From an uncultured archaeon (lineage in GTDB: Archaea; Iainarchaeota; Iainarchaeia; Iainarchaeales; 0-14-0-20-30-16): 10,003 nt of DNA. The translations under genes and the position numbers were made by a program. The stretch is taken from positions 1 through 10,003 of the forward strand of contig CAZQQS010000018.1 in the NCBI GenBank assembly GCA_964595665.1, read 5' to 3'. Within the stretch, counting starts at the first letter, position 1. The number at the start of each line of letters is the position of its first letter. Of this stretch, positions 1 through 6,220 are shown in pieces. The notes under the pieces were generated by a model. The model was not told the DNA's origin and did not search any database. It worked only from the letters and a program-made list of their open reading frames with translations.

Positions 1-909
1 GGATAATTTAGGATTCTGAACCATCAAATATAATTTTGCATTAGATTCATTTTTCAAATAATTTTTATATATGTTTGTTGCAGCATTTCCCCCATTCCAA
101 CAATAATCTGCATCAGATAATTTTAAAATATTTGGTTTTATTTGTGATAAATAATTATTTTGAATTGAGGGTCTTAATGCTGCTTCAGCAATTGCTGCGC
201 CTCCAGCACTATGTCCAGTCATTTCAATACTATTTATAGTGATATTTGTATTTTCATTAAATTTTGTTTTTATTACATCTAAAACATTTTTATGTAGTTG
301 TGCTAAATCAGAATCTCCAGCAGTCCAAATTAATGCTGACTGTCTATTTTTTCTTCTAGAATTGTCTTTAGCAGTTCCAGCACTCCATGGCATTTCAGGA
401 AATACAATCACAATATTTCTTCCTCGAGTTACTAATATATCGCTTTGTAAAATAATTCTATCTTTCATATCAGATATATGGCAAGAATTAAAAGGATCAT
501 TACTCATATCACAAAAACCTTGGATTCCGTGAAAGTAATAAATTATATCTATTGGTTTGGAAAAATCAGTATATGGTGCAAATATAATTGTGTCTCGGCC
601 TTTTTCTTCTCTTTTAAATTCATCATTTATTCCATTGGATTCTAATTTTCCAATCCAAGAAATTCCTTTATATTCTGTAGTATTTATTGCAGATTTCCAA
701 TTTTGGAAAGTTCTATCTGTAGGTTTAATATCTCCTAAAAGTATTTCTCCAGAATTATTTATTTGTGTTATATTTTGTGTTGTAAATATATTATCAAAAA
801 CATTTTGGTAAAATGATTTCCAAGAAAAAGTATTAGTTAAAGGAAATGTGTTTGGCATTAATATAAATAAAAATAATAATATAATTAATATTTTCTTGAA
901 ATTAAACAT
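1..909 (-). CDS. Exported alpha/beta-fold serine hydrolase (esterase/lipase-like); 3' end cut by the window edge
   Basis: Absent from the ORF track because it runs off the left edge. Hand translation of the minus strand from the ATG (complement of 907-909) gives 303 codons with no stop down to position 1. N-terminus MFNFKKILIILLFLFILMPNTFPL has KK followed by a hydrophobic core, i.e. a signal peptide or anchor. IDIIYYFHG is an HG oxyanion-type motif (His codon 529-531). The nucleophile elbow G-H-S-A-G-G spans 199-216 (Ser codon 208-210). A later LSDADY is a possible acid residue. Only a fold/superfamily-level call is justified. Confidence 0.7.
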   Translation of the reverse strand, partial: MFNFKKILIILLFLFILMPNTFPLTNTFSWKSFYQNVFDNIFTTQNITQINNSGEILLGDIKPTDRTFQNWKSAINTTEYKGISWIGKLESNGINDEFKREEKGRDTIIFAPYTDFSKPIDIIYYFHGIQGFCDMSNDPFNSCHISDMKDRIILQSDILVTRGRNIVIVFPEMPWSAGTAKDNSRRKNRQSALIWTAGDSDLAQLHKNVLDVIKTKFNENTNITINSIEMTGHSAGGAAIAEAALRPSIQNNYLSQIKPNILKLSDADYCWNGGNAATNIYKNYLKNESNAKLYLMVQNPKLS

Positions 910-950
910 ATATGAATTAGAATTCATTATTATTTAAATTTATAGGAATT

Positions 951-986
951 TTTAAAAAATAAAAAGAGAAAAGTGCAAAGCACTTT
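951..986 (-). terminator. Hairpin plus oligo-U terminator candidate downstream of aIF5A
   Basis: A 7-bp stem, 970-976 AAAGTGC paired with 980-986 GCACTTT, has a 3-nt loop. On the minus strand it is followed by TTCTCTTTTTATTTTTT (the plus-strand A runs at 954-959 and 961-965). Archaeal termination typically uses oligo-T tracts. Confidence 0.45.
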
Positions 987-994
987 ATAGTTAT

Positions 995-1393
995 TTACTT
1001 TATTCTTAAGATTTTAACTTTATCTTCATCTCTTAAATATTCAACTTCACAACCATTAGTTATTTTACTATTTAATTCTTCTTCTTTTGGTTTTGGAGAT
1101 TCAAAAGTATCATAACTTGTTAAATCCATTAATTGGTATGTAGCACCTAAATCAGCAACTACTTGAGCATTACCTCTATCAATAATTGGACTTTTTGCTT
1201 CATCTCCACCAGATAATAATAAATTGTATTTTCTATCAGTAAACACATCTACACCAACAATTCTTATTTTTGCCGCACCGTGTTTTCCTGGTTTTGAATG
1301 ATCCAAACTTGTAATTTTACAAGGGAATCCTTCTATATCTATTAAATTTCCTACTTTAAAGCTATTTGCAGAAATATACTTAAAATCAGCCAT
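995..1393 (-). CDS. eif5a: Translation initiation/elongation factor 5A (aIF5A)
   Basis: 132 aa. The hypusination motif SKPGKHGAAK is present (target Lys codon at 1283-1285), followed by a C-terminal OB-like domain. The SD-like AGGTGAT (complement of 1397-1403) lies 3 nt upstream of the ATG. Confidence 0.95.
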   Translation of the reverse strand: MADFKYISANSFKVGNLIDIEGFPCKITSLDHSKPGKHGAAKIRIVGVDVFTDRKYNLLLSGGDEAKSPIIDRGNAQVVADLGATYQLMDLTSYDTFESPKPKEEELNSKITNGCEVEYLRDEDKVKILRIK

Positions 1394-1470
1394 GTTATCA
1401 CCTAAATATTAAAAAAATCTTATAAAATATACTCGATAGGGTTTATAAATGATTTGTTACAAAAACGAAA

Positions 1471-1507
1471 TTCTTTTAAAAGCATTACTATAATATATAT
1501 ATTAATA
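1471..1507 (+). promoter_or_regulatory. TATA-like promoter region for the rps19e operon (candidate)
   Basis: TTCTTTTAAAAGC and CTATAATATATATATTAATA tracts lie 40-75 nt upstream of the rps19e ATG. A TSS about 25 nt downstream would leave a short leader carrying the GGTGAT SD at 1540-1545. AT-richness makes exact TATA assignment uncertain. Confidence 0.3.
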
Positions 1508-1548
1508 GGCGAATTTTAGAGTTGCTAGTTTGTATTTAAGGTGATATA

Positions 1549-1965
1549 ATGGTAAGTGTTTACGATGTTCCTGTTCAGGAATTAATTAATGAAGTGGCAA
1601 AAGACCTAAAAACAAAGGTTAAAGAGCCAGAATATACTAAGTTTGTTAAAACAGGTATATCAAGAGAAAGAGTTCCAGATAACCCAGATTGGTGGTCTGT
1701 AAGATTGGCAGCAATTTTAAGAACATTTTATACTAAACAAAATTTAGGTGTAAATATCTTAAGAGGATATTATGGTTCAAGACAAGCAAGAGGTGCTAAA
1801 CCAGGAAAATCTGCAAAGGGTTCTGGTAAAGTAATTAGAAATGCTGTTCAAGAATTAGAAAAATTAGGTTATTTAGCAAAAACTGATAAAGGTAGAATAA
1901 TTACTTTGAAAGGTAGACAATATTTAGATAATGTTGCAAAGAATGTTTCTATAGCTAAAAAGTGA
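1549..1965 (+). CDS. rps19e: 30S ribosomal protein S19e
   Basis: 138 aa. VYDVP...FVKTG..RERVPDNPDWW.VR.AAILR...G..LR..YG matches the S19e family signature. SD GGTGAT at 1540-1545. It is the first gene of the conserved archaeal cluster. Confidence 0.95.
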   Translation: MVSVYDVPVQELINEVAKDLKTKVKEPEYTKFVKTGISRERVPDNPDWWSVRLAAILRTFYTKQNLGVNILRGYYGSRQARGAKPGKSAKGSGKVIRNAVQELEKLGYLAKTDKGRIITLKGRQYLDNVAKNVSIAKK

Positions 1966-1969
1966 AATT

Positions 1970-2224
1970 ATGTCTGAAGAAAAGAGTTCTGAAGAAAACT
2001 TTAAACAAGTAGAAATGTTTTTGTATAGGATTTTATCATCAGAAGCAAGAGAAAGATTAAATAATATTAAATTGGTTAATTTAGAAAAATATATGCAAAT
2101 TGCAAATATTTTAGTTAAATTAGTACAATCAGAAAAGATAAATGGTATTTTGAGCGATACAGATTTAAAAGAAATTTTAATGCAATTAAATACTAAAAGA
2201 GAATTTAATATAGTAAGGAAGTGA
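1970..2224 (+). CDS. PDCD5/TFAR19-like dsDNA-binding protein (MTH1615 family)
   Basis: 84 aa. ILSSEARERLNNIKLVNLEKYMQIANILVKLVQSEKINGILSDTDLKEIL...KREFNI matches the archaeal PDCD5-like family. It occupies the conserved position between rps19e and rpl39e. Confidence 0.85.
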   Translation: MSEEKSSEENFKQVEMFLYRILSSEARERLNNIKLVNLEKYMQIANILVKLVQSEKINGILSDTDLKEILMQLNTKREFNIVRK

Positions 2225-2229
2225 ATATT

Positions 2230-2421
2230 ATGAGTTCAAATAAATCAGAAGAATTAAAAACACATTTAAGAACATCAAGAAATAAAACTCCAAAAGGAAT
2301 TTTTGCTGCACCAGTATGGATTATGCAAAAGATTGGAAAAAGAATCTATAATGATAAAGCAAAAAGAAATTGGAAGAGAACTGAATTCGGTCATGAATTT
2401 GGAAATAAAAAAGGTGATTAA
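2230..2421 (+). CDS. rpl39e: 50S ribosomal protein L39e
   Basis: Small basic protein with PVWIMQK...RNWKRT, matching the L39e core PVW..KT...R.WRRT, in its conserved position. The track starts at GTG 2221. I prefer ATG 2230 because the SD-like GGAAGTGA at 2217-2224 sits 5 nt upstream of it. Confidence 0.85.
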   Translation: MSSNKSEELKTHLRTSRNKTPKGIFAAPVWIMQKIGKRIYNDKAKRNWKRTEFGHEFGNKKGD

Positions 2422-2423
2422 GA

Positions 2424-2861
2424 ATGCAAGAAAAAAAAGTAACTGTTGGAATTGATGTTAGAGGAAAAAACTTTAAACATAAAGCAAAACATGGTATGAC
2501 TGAATTAAGAAGACAAATTTTAAAACATTTTAGAAGTAATGATTATGTTATTTCAAAAAATTTAAATGAATACTTTTTTGCAAAAGGTAGAGCTAATGTG
2601 CCTACAAAAGTTTCTATAATTGGAGTAGAAAAAAATAAAAAATTATATATCTTTTTAGATTCTCCAGAAGATGTTAAAAATATAGAAAAATTAAATGAAA
2701 AAAAAGTAGAAGCTAAAAAAGCCAGTTCAGTTTTAGAATCTAAAGATTCAAAAGCTAAACAGGTTGTTGAAAGCTCTTCTGAAAAAGAAGCCGTTTCAAC
2801 ACAAAACAAAACTGAAGAAACAAAAGAAAAAGTAGTTAAAGAAAGTAAATCAAAAAAGTGA
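2424..2861 (+). CDS. rpl31e: 50S ribosomal protein L31e with a long K/E/S-rich C-terminal extension
   Basis: The first ~85 aa (KHKAKHGMTELRRQILKHFRSNDYVISKNLNEYFFAKGRANVPTKVSI) fit the L31e fold pattern, and the position is conserved. SD GGTGAT at 2413-2418 is formed by the last two codons of rpl39e. The last ~60 aa are low-complexity. Confidence 0.85.
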   Translation: MQEKKVTVGIDVRGKNFKHKAKHGMTELRRQILKHFRSNDYVISKNLNEYFFAKGRANVPTKVSIIGVEKNKKLYIFLDSPEDVKNIEKLNEKKVEAKKASSVLESKDSKAKQVVESSSEKEAVSTQNKTEETKEKVVKESKSKK

Positions 2862-2867
2862 GTTTAA

Positions 2868-3527
2868 ATGGATTTAGATAAAATAAAGGTTGGAGATTCA
2901 GCACAAATAGGTATATTTGTTGCTTTGGGAAAAGATATTGCAATTGTTCCTGAAACTATCTCTAAACCACAAAAAGAAAAAATTGAAAATTTTTTAAAAG
3001 TAAAATGTTATTCCAGAAATATTGCCGAATCTTTATTAAATGGGATTTTAGCAAAAATCATAGATGATAAAGTAATTTTATCTAAAGTTGCAACAAAACA
3101 AGATGTTGCTTTTTTTGAAAAATTAGGTTTAAAAGTTTTAGTTTTAGATTCTTATCACGCAATTGGAAATTTAATTTTTAATTATGAAGATAAGGTTTTA
3201 ATTAGTGAAGAATTTGATTCTAAAACAAAAAAGAAAATAAAAGATTTTTTGAAAAAAGAAATTGTTGTTTATCAATTAAATGAAATGCCTACTATTGGAG
3301 CATATTTAATTATGAATAAAAATGGTTTTGCAGTTTCTCCAAGTGCAACTGAAAAAGATATGAAAAAATTAGAAAAGTTATTAGGCGTAAAAGGAAATAT
3401 CGCTACTATTAATTATGGTGATGGTTTTGTTGCAAATGGTTTATTAGTTAATGATTCTGGAGTATTAGTTGGAGAATTAACTACTGGTTATGAATTAATT
3501 AGAATAAATGATATATTTTTTAATTGA
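2868..3527 (+). CDS. eif6: Translation initiation factor 6 (aIF6)
   Basis: 219 aa with the repeated-subdomain pattern typical of IF6: IGIFVALGKDIAIVP, NGILAKIIDDKVILS, AIGNLIFNYEDKVLIS, TIGAYLIMNKNGFAVSP and ANGLLVNDSGVLVGELTTGYEL.RI. Confidence 0.92.
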   Translation: MDLDKIKVGDSAQIGIFVALGKDIAIVPETISKPQKEKIENFLKVKCYSRNIAESLLNGILAKIIDDKVILSKVATKQDVAFFEKLGLKVLVLDSYHAIGNLIFNYEDKVLISEEFDSKTKKKIKDFLKKEIVVYQLNEMPTIGAYLIMNKNGFAVSPSATEKDMKKLEKLLGVKGNIATINYGDGFVANGLLVNDSGVLVGELTTGYELIRINDIFFN

Positions 3528-3536
3528 GGTGTGTTT

Positions 3537-4019
3537 ATGGTTAAGAAGACAGAAACAAAAGAAGTAGTAAAACCAAATACAAATAGTGAAGTTAAGAAAG
3601 CTCCACAAAAAATAGAATTAACTCCTGAAATGGCTGAAAGATTATTTCACGAAGAAAGAAAAAAATTGGAATCTATAAATAAAGATTTAAGAAATATTGA
3701 AAGTAATATTTTTGATTTAGAAAAAACTAATTTTGCATTAAAAGAATTAAAAGAAACAAAAGAAAAAGAAATGTATATTAATTTGGGACAAGGTGTTTTT
3801 GTTAAAGCTAAGTTAGAAGAAACAAAAAAAGTAAATGTTATGAGTCCTAGTAAAGTTTTATTTACAAAAACTATTGATGACGTTTTAAAAGATTTTGATA
3901 AAAAAAGAATTTCTTTAACAAATAGTCAAAAGAAAGTAAGAGATCTTTATGTTCAAACTGAAAAGAATGTAAATCAATTATATACTTTTTTAAATAGACA
4001 GAATCAGAAAAAAGCATAA
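3537..4019 (+). CDS. pfdA: Prefoldin alpha subunit
   Basis: Coiled-coil / beta-hairpin / coiled-coil layout with MYINLGQGVFVKAKLEETKKVNVMSPSKVLFTKTIDD, matching the prefoldin-alpha hairpin region. Position between eif6 and ftsY is conserved. The track starts at GTG 3531. ATG 3537 is preferred because SD GAGGTG at 3526-3531 would otherwise overlap the start. Confidence 0.85.
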   Translation: MVKKTETKEVVKPNTNSEVKKAPQKIELTPEMAERLFHEERKKLESINKDLRNIESNIFDLEKTNFALKELKETKEKEMYINLGQGVFVKAKLEETKKVNVMSPSKVLFTKTIDDVLKDFDKKRISLTNSQKKVRDLYVQTEKNVNQLYTFLNRQNQKKA

Positions 4020-4029
4020 TGCTTTTTTT
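4008..4029 (+). terminator. A/U-rich hairpin plus T7 tract overlapping the pfdA stop (weak or partial terminator candidate)
   Basis: AAAAAAGCA (4008-4016) pairs with TGCTTTTTT (4020-4028) around a 3-nt loop that is the pfdA TAA stop codon (4017-4019). The 3' arm is part of the T run at 4023-4029. The ftsY SD GGTGTGAG (4036-4043) follows, so read-through is likely. Confidence 0.3.
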
Positions 4030-4045
4030 ATATTTGGTGTGAGAA

Positions 4046-5260
4046 ATGTTTTCTTTTTTAAAAAAGGGTTTAAAAAGTGTATCTGAGAAATTAGGATTAA
4101 CTAAACGATTAACAATCGAAGAAAAAGTTAATGAATCTAAAATTGAGGAAATAAAACCTGTTCAAGAACCCGTTAAAGAAATTAAAAAAGAGATTGTAAA
4201 ACCTAAAAAAGAAGTAAAAGAAAAAGTTAAAATTGAAATTAAAAAAGAAAAGCCAATTGATTTTGAAGAATTAAAAGAGTTATCAAAAGATTTAGAACAA
4301 GAAGAATTAGGGCAAAAAAATATAGTAAATAAAAAAGAAATTGTATTAGAGCAACCGATTTTAAAAGAAGAAATTGTTGAGAAGAAAGTTAAGACATCTA
4401 TTTTTACAAAAATTAAATCTATATTTGCAGAAAAATATTTTTTAAGTGAAAATGAAATAAACGATTTAATTGAGTTTTTCGAATTATCTATGTTGCAAAG
4501 TGATGTATCTTTGCAAGTATGTGAAATATTAAAAACATCTTTAAAAGAAAAATTAAAGAAAGATGGAGTTTCTAAAACAAATCAAGATGAATATTTAAAA
4601 CATTTATTTTTAGAAATTGTTTTTGAGAATTATCCTAAAGCTTTGGATGAGGATTTTTTTAAACAAGAAAAAAAACCATTTGTTATTTTATTTGTTGGTA
4701 CTAATGGATCTGGAAAAACAACTAACATTGCAAAATTAGCTTATTATTTAAAATCTAAAAACAAAACAATTGTTTTAGCTGCTTCAGATACTTATAGGGC
4801 TGCGGCAATAGATCAATTAGAAGGGCATGCTTTGAAATTAAATGTGCCAATAATAAAAGGAAAATACGGACAAGATCCGGCAAGTGTAGCATATGATGCA
4901 GTTTCTTTTGCACGAGGTAAAAACTACGATTTTGTTTTGATTGATTCATCTGGAAGACAAGATAATTCTTTAAATTTAATGAAAGAATTAGAAAAAATAA
5001 AGAATGTTATAAAGCCAGATTTTATTGTATTTGTTGCTGAAGCAATTGCTGGTCAAACAGCATTAATGCAAGCAGAATCTTTTAATAAATATGCTAATTT
5101 TAATGCATTTATTTTAACAAAAGTAGATGTTGATGAAAAAGGCGGAACTTTGTTATCAATTTCTTTAGGGTTAAAAAAACCAATTCTTTTCCTAGGTGTT
5201 GGTCAAGAATACAAAGATATTGCTTTTTTTAATAAAGAGTTTTTAGAAAAAGTTATTTAA
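4046..5260 (+). CDS. ftsY: Signal recognition particle receptor FtsY
   Basis: 404 aa. The NG domain carries the P-loop GTNGSGKTT, then DTYRAAAIDQL, LIDSSGR (a variant of DTAGR) and TKVDVDEKGG (a variant of TKLDGTAKGG). The N-terminus has an amphipathic MFSFLKKGLKSV followed by a ~100-aa K/E-rich A-like domain. Confidence 0.95.
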   Translation: MFSFLKKGLKSVSEKLGLTKRLTIEEKVNESKIEEIKPVQEPVKEIKKEIVKPKKEVKEKVKIEIKKEKPIDFEELKELSKDLEQEELGQKNIVNKKEIVLEQPILKEEIVEKKVKTSIFTKIKSIFAEKYFLSENEINDLIEFFELSMLQSDVSLQVCEILKTSLKEKLKKDGVSKTNQDEYLKHLFLEIVFENYPKALDEDFFKQEKKPFVILFVGTNGSGKTTNIAKLAYYLKSKNKTIVLAASDTYRAAAIDQLEGHALKLNVPIIKGKYGQDPASVAYDAVSFARGKNYDFVLIDSSGRQDNSLNLMKELEKIKNVIKPDFIVFVAEAIAGQTALMQAESFNKYANFNAFILTKVDVDEKGGTLLSISLGLKKPILFLGVGQEYKDIAFFNKEFLEKVI

Positions 5261-6057
5261 TTCCTAAATATTTCATTTATTTCTTTTTTTATTTTATCAA
5301 TATCATATTCTGTTAAATTAATTTCTTTTGCTAATTCTTTAGAATCTTCTTTTAGTATATCTTCAGCTAATACTAAGCCTAATTCTAAAAGTTTTTCAAT
5401 TGTTTTTCTTTTAATATCTTTTATAACTGTTATAGGATATAAATTTTTATCTTCAATTAATTTTCTTAAAGATGCGTTTTCAGGATAATTCCAAGAAGTT
5501 ATTTTCATTTTAACTCCTTTTGCATATTCTATTGCATCGTTAACGCATTTTGTATTTGTAGCTAACCAAGGAGTGTCAAATAATCCAATATCTAAAAATC
5601 GTGCATACGTATACATTGCTGGATGCAATTTTGTATTTGTTCCAACGAAATTGTGATATTTGCATTCTATCATATAAGTTTTATCATTTTTATCTGCAAT
5701 AATATCTACTTCGTGCCAAATTCTTTTTCCTTTTATAATATTTGGAGTTCGAGTATGATAACCATAGTTATCTAAAATTCTTGCAAAATATTGTTCAAAA
5801 GGATATCCTGAAGGCCCCAAAGTCATTATTGCTCGTTTTAAATTATATCTTTGACTTAACCCAGGTTCTTTTTTAATATTATTTAAAATTAGATTTAATA
5901 TTTCTTTTGTAGTTATGCCTTTATAGTAATTTTCTTTAACTAAATTTACTGTTTCTTTAGCTAGTTTTTTTGATGCGCCAGTAGACAAAACTGTTTCATA
6001 GATCTTTTTAGGATTAAAATTTTCACAATCTCCAGATGCTTTTTGTACTAAATTCAT
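5257..6057 (-). CDS. ATP-cone domain fused to a Mrr-like PD-(D/E)xK restriction-endonuclease-fold domain, with an HhH-like C-terminus
   Basis: 266 aa. The N-terminus VQKASGDCENFNPKKI...ITTKEILNLILNNI...RYNLKRAI fits the ATP-cone pattern (V.K.dG..E.F...KI) at roughly 5824-6051. The nuclease core has FEQ (E88), EVDIIA (D118, codon 5704-5706) and MIECK (E131 at 5665-5667, K133 at 5659-5661). The C-terminal IKDIKRKTIEKLLELGLVLAEDIL resembles a helix-hairpin-helix. Confidence 0.72.
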   Translation of the reverse strand: MNLVQKASGDCENFNPKKIYETVLSTGASKKLAKETVNLVKENYYKGITTKEILNLILNNIKKEPGLSQRYNLKRAIMTLGPSGYPFEQYFARILDNYGYHTRTPNIIKGKRIWHEVDIIADKNDKTYMIECKYHNFVGTNTKLHPAMYTYARFLDIGLFDTPWLATNTKCVNDAIEYAKGVKMKITSWNYPENASLRKLIEDKNLYPITVIKDIKRKTIEKLLELGLVLAEDILKEDSKELAKEINLTEYDIDKIKKEINEIFRN

Positions 6058-6094
6058 AATATAGATATAATCTAAGTCTTTTTATGCCTTTTCC

Positions 6095-6110
6095 TTATAA
6101 ATATATATTA
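6095..6110. promoter_or_regulatory. Bidirectional TATA-like element (candidate) serving the minus-strand nuclease gene and the srp54 side
   Basis: TTATAAATATATATTA. Read on the minus strand, TTTATAA lies ~40 nt from ATG 6057, predicting a short leader. Read on the plus strand it predicts a TSS around 6125-6135, just before the structured element at 6137. Confidence 0.3.
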
Positions 6111-6136
6111 TGAGCCAGTTGATAAATTTCTCAAAG

Positions 6137-6220
6137 GTCGAAATTTACAACAGGGTGTACAGGTTTTACTAAACCTTTACAAGGTGTCAAAAGTTCTTGC
6201 TTATGCAAGCCAATTTCGAC
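6137..6220 (+). ncRNA. Candidate structured RNA (three-helix junction): srp54 5' leader element or unclassified small RNA
   Basis: Outer 9-bp helix GTCGAAATT (6137-6145) pairs with AATTTCGAC (6212-6220). Hairpin A pairs 6157-6166 with 6171-6180 (10 bp, one C-T mismatch, loop TACT). Hairpin B pairs CTTGC (6196-6200) with GCAAG (6205-6209), loop TTAT. I count 32 of 84 nt as G/C, against nearly pure A/T flanks. No oligo-T lies between it and the srp54 ATG. Strand assignment is tentative because the fold is largely strand-symmetric. Confidence 0.35.

Noticed and set aside
239-811. Track ORFs 239-532(+) and 557-811(+) as possible genes
   Set aside because: Their translations are low-complexity, Phe/Ile/Ser-rich and motif-free. 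They lie exactly antisense to a continuous 303-codon minus-strand frame with clear alpha/beta-hydrolase motifs, so they are shadow ORFs.
2543-2809. Track ORF 2543-2809(-), and likewise 4755-4949(-) and 6684-6887(-)
   Set aside because: Each is fully nested antisense inside a confidently identified gene (rpl31e, ftsY and srp54 respectively). None has a recognisable motif or an SD-like sequence. Such ORFs are typical antisense artefacts of codon-biased AT-rich genes.
2221-3536. GTG starts proposed by the ORF track at 2221 (rpl39e) and 3531 (pfdA)
   Set aside because: In both cases the GTG is itself part of the SD-like motif (GGAAGTGA, GAGGTG), and an ATG follows at the correct 5-6-nt spacing. 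ATG 2230 and ATG 3537 were adopted instead.
6110-6172. 20-codon upstream ORF (MSQLINFSKVEIYNRVYRFY)
   Set aside because: Its ATG sits inside the TATA-like element, upstream of the predicted TSS. It has no SD-like motif, and it ends inside hairpin A. Nothing supports coding.
6137-6220. tRNA (including a 9-bp acceptor, tRNA-Sec-like fold)
   Set aside because: TACA/TGTA could mimic a D-arm. However, the central hairpin cannot form a 7-nt anticodon loop (only 4, 6 or 8 nt are possible), and there is no T-loop GTTCRA motif. Two unpaired nucleotides separate hairpin B from the 3' acceptor strand.
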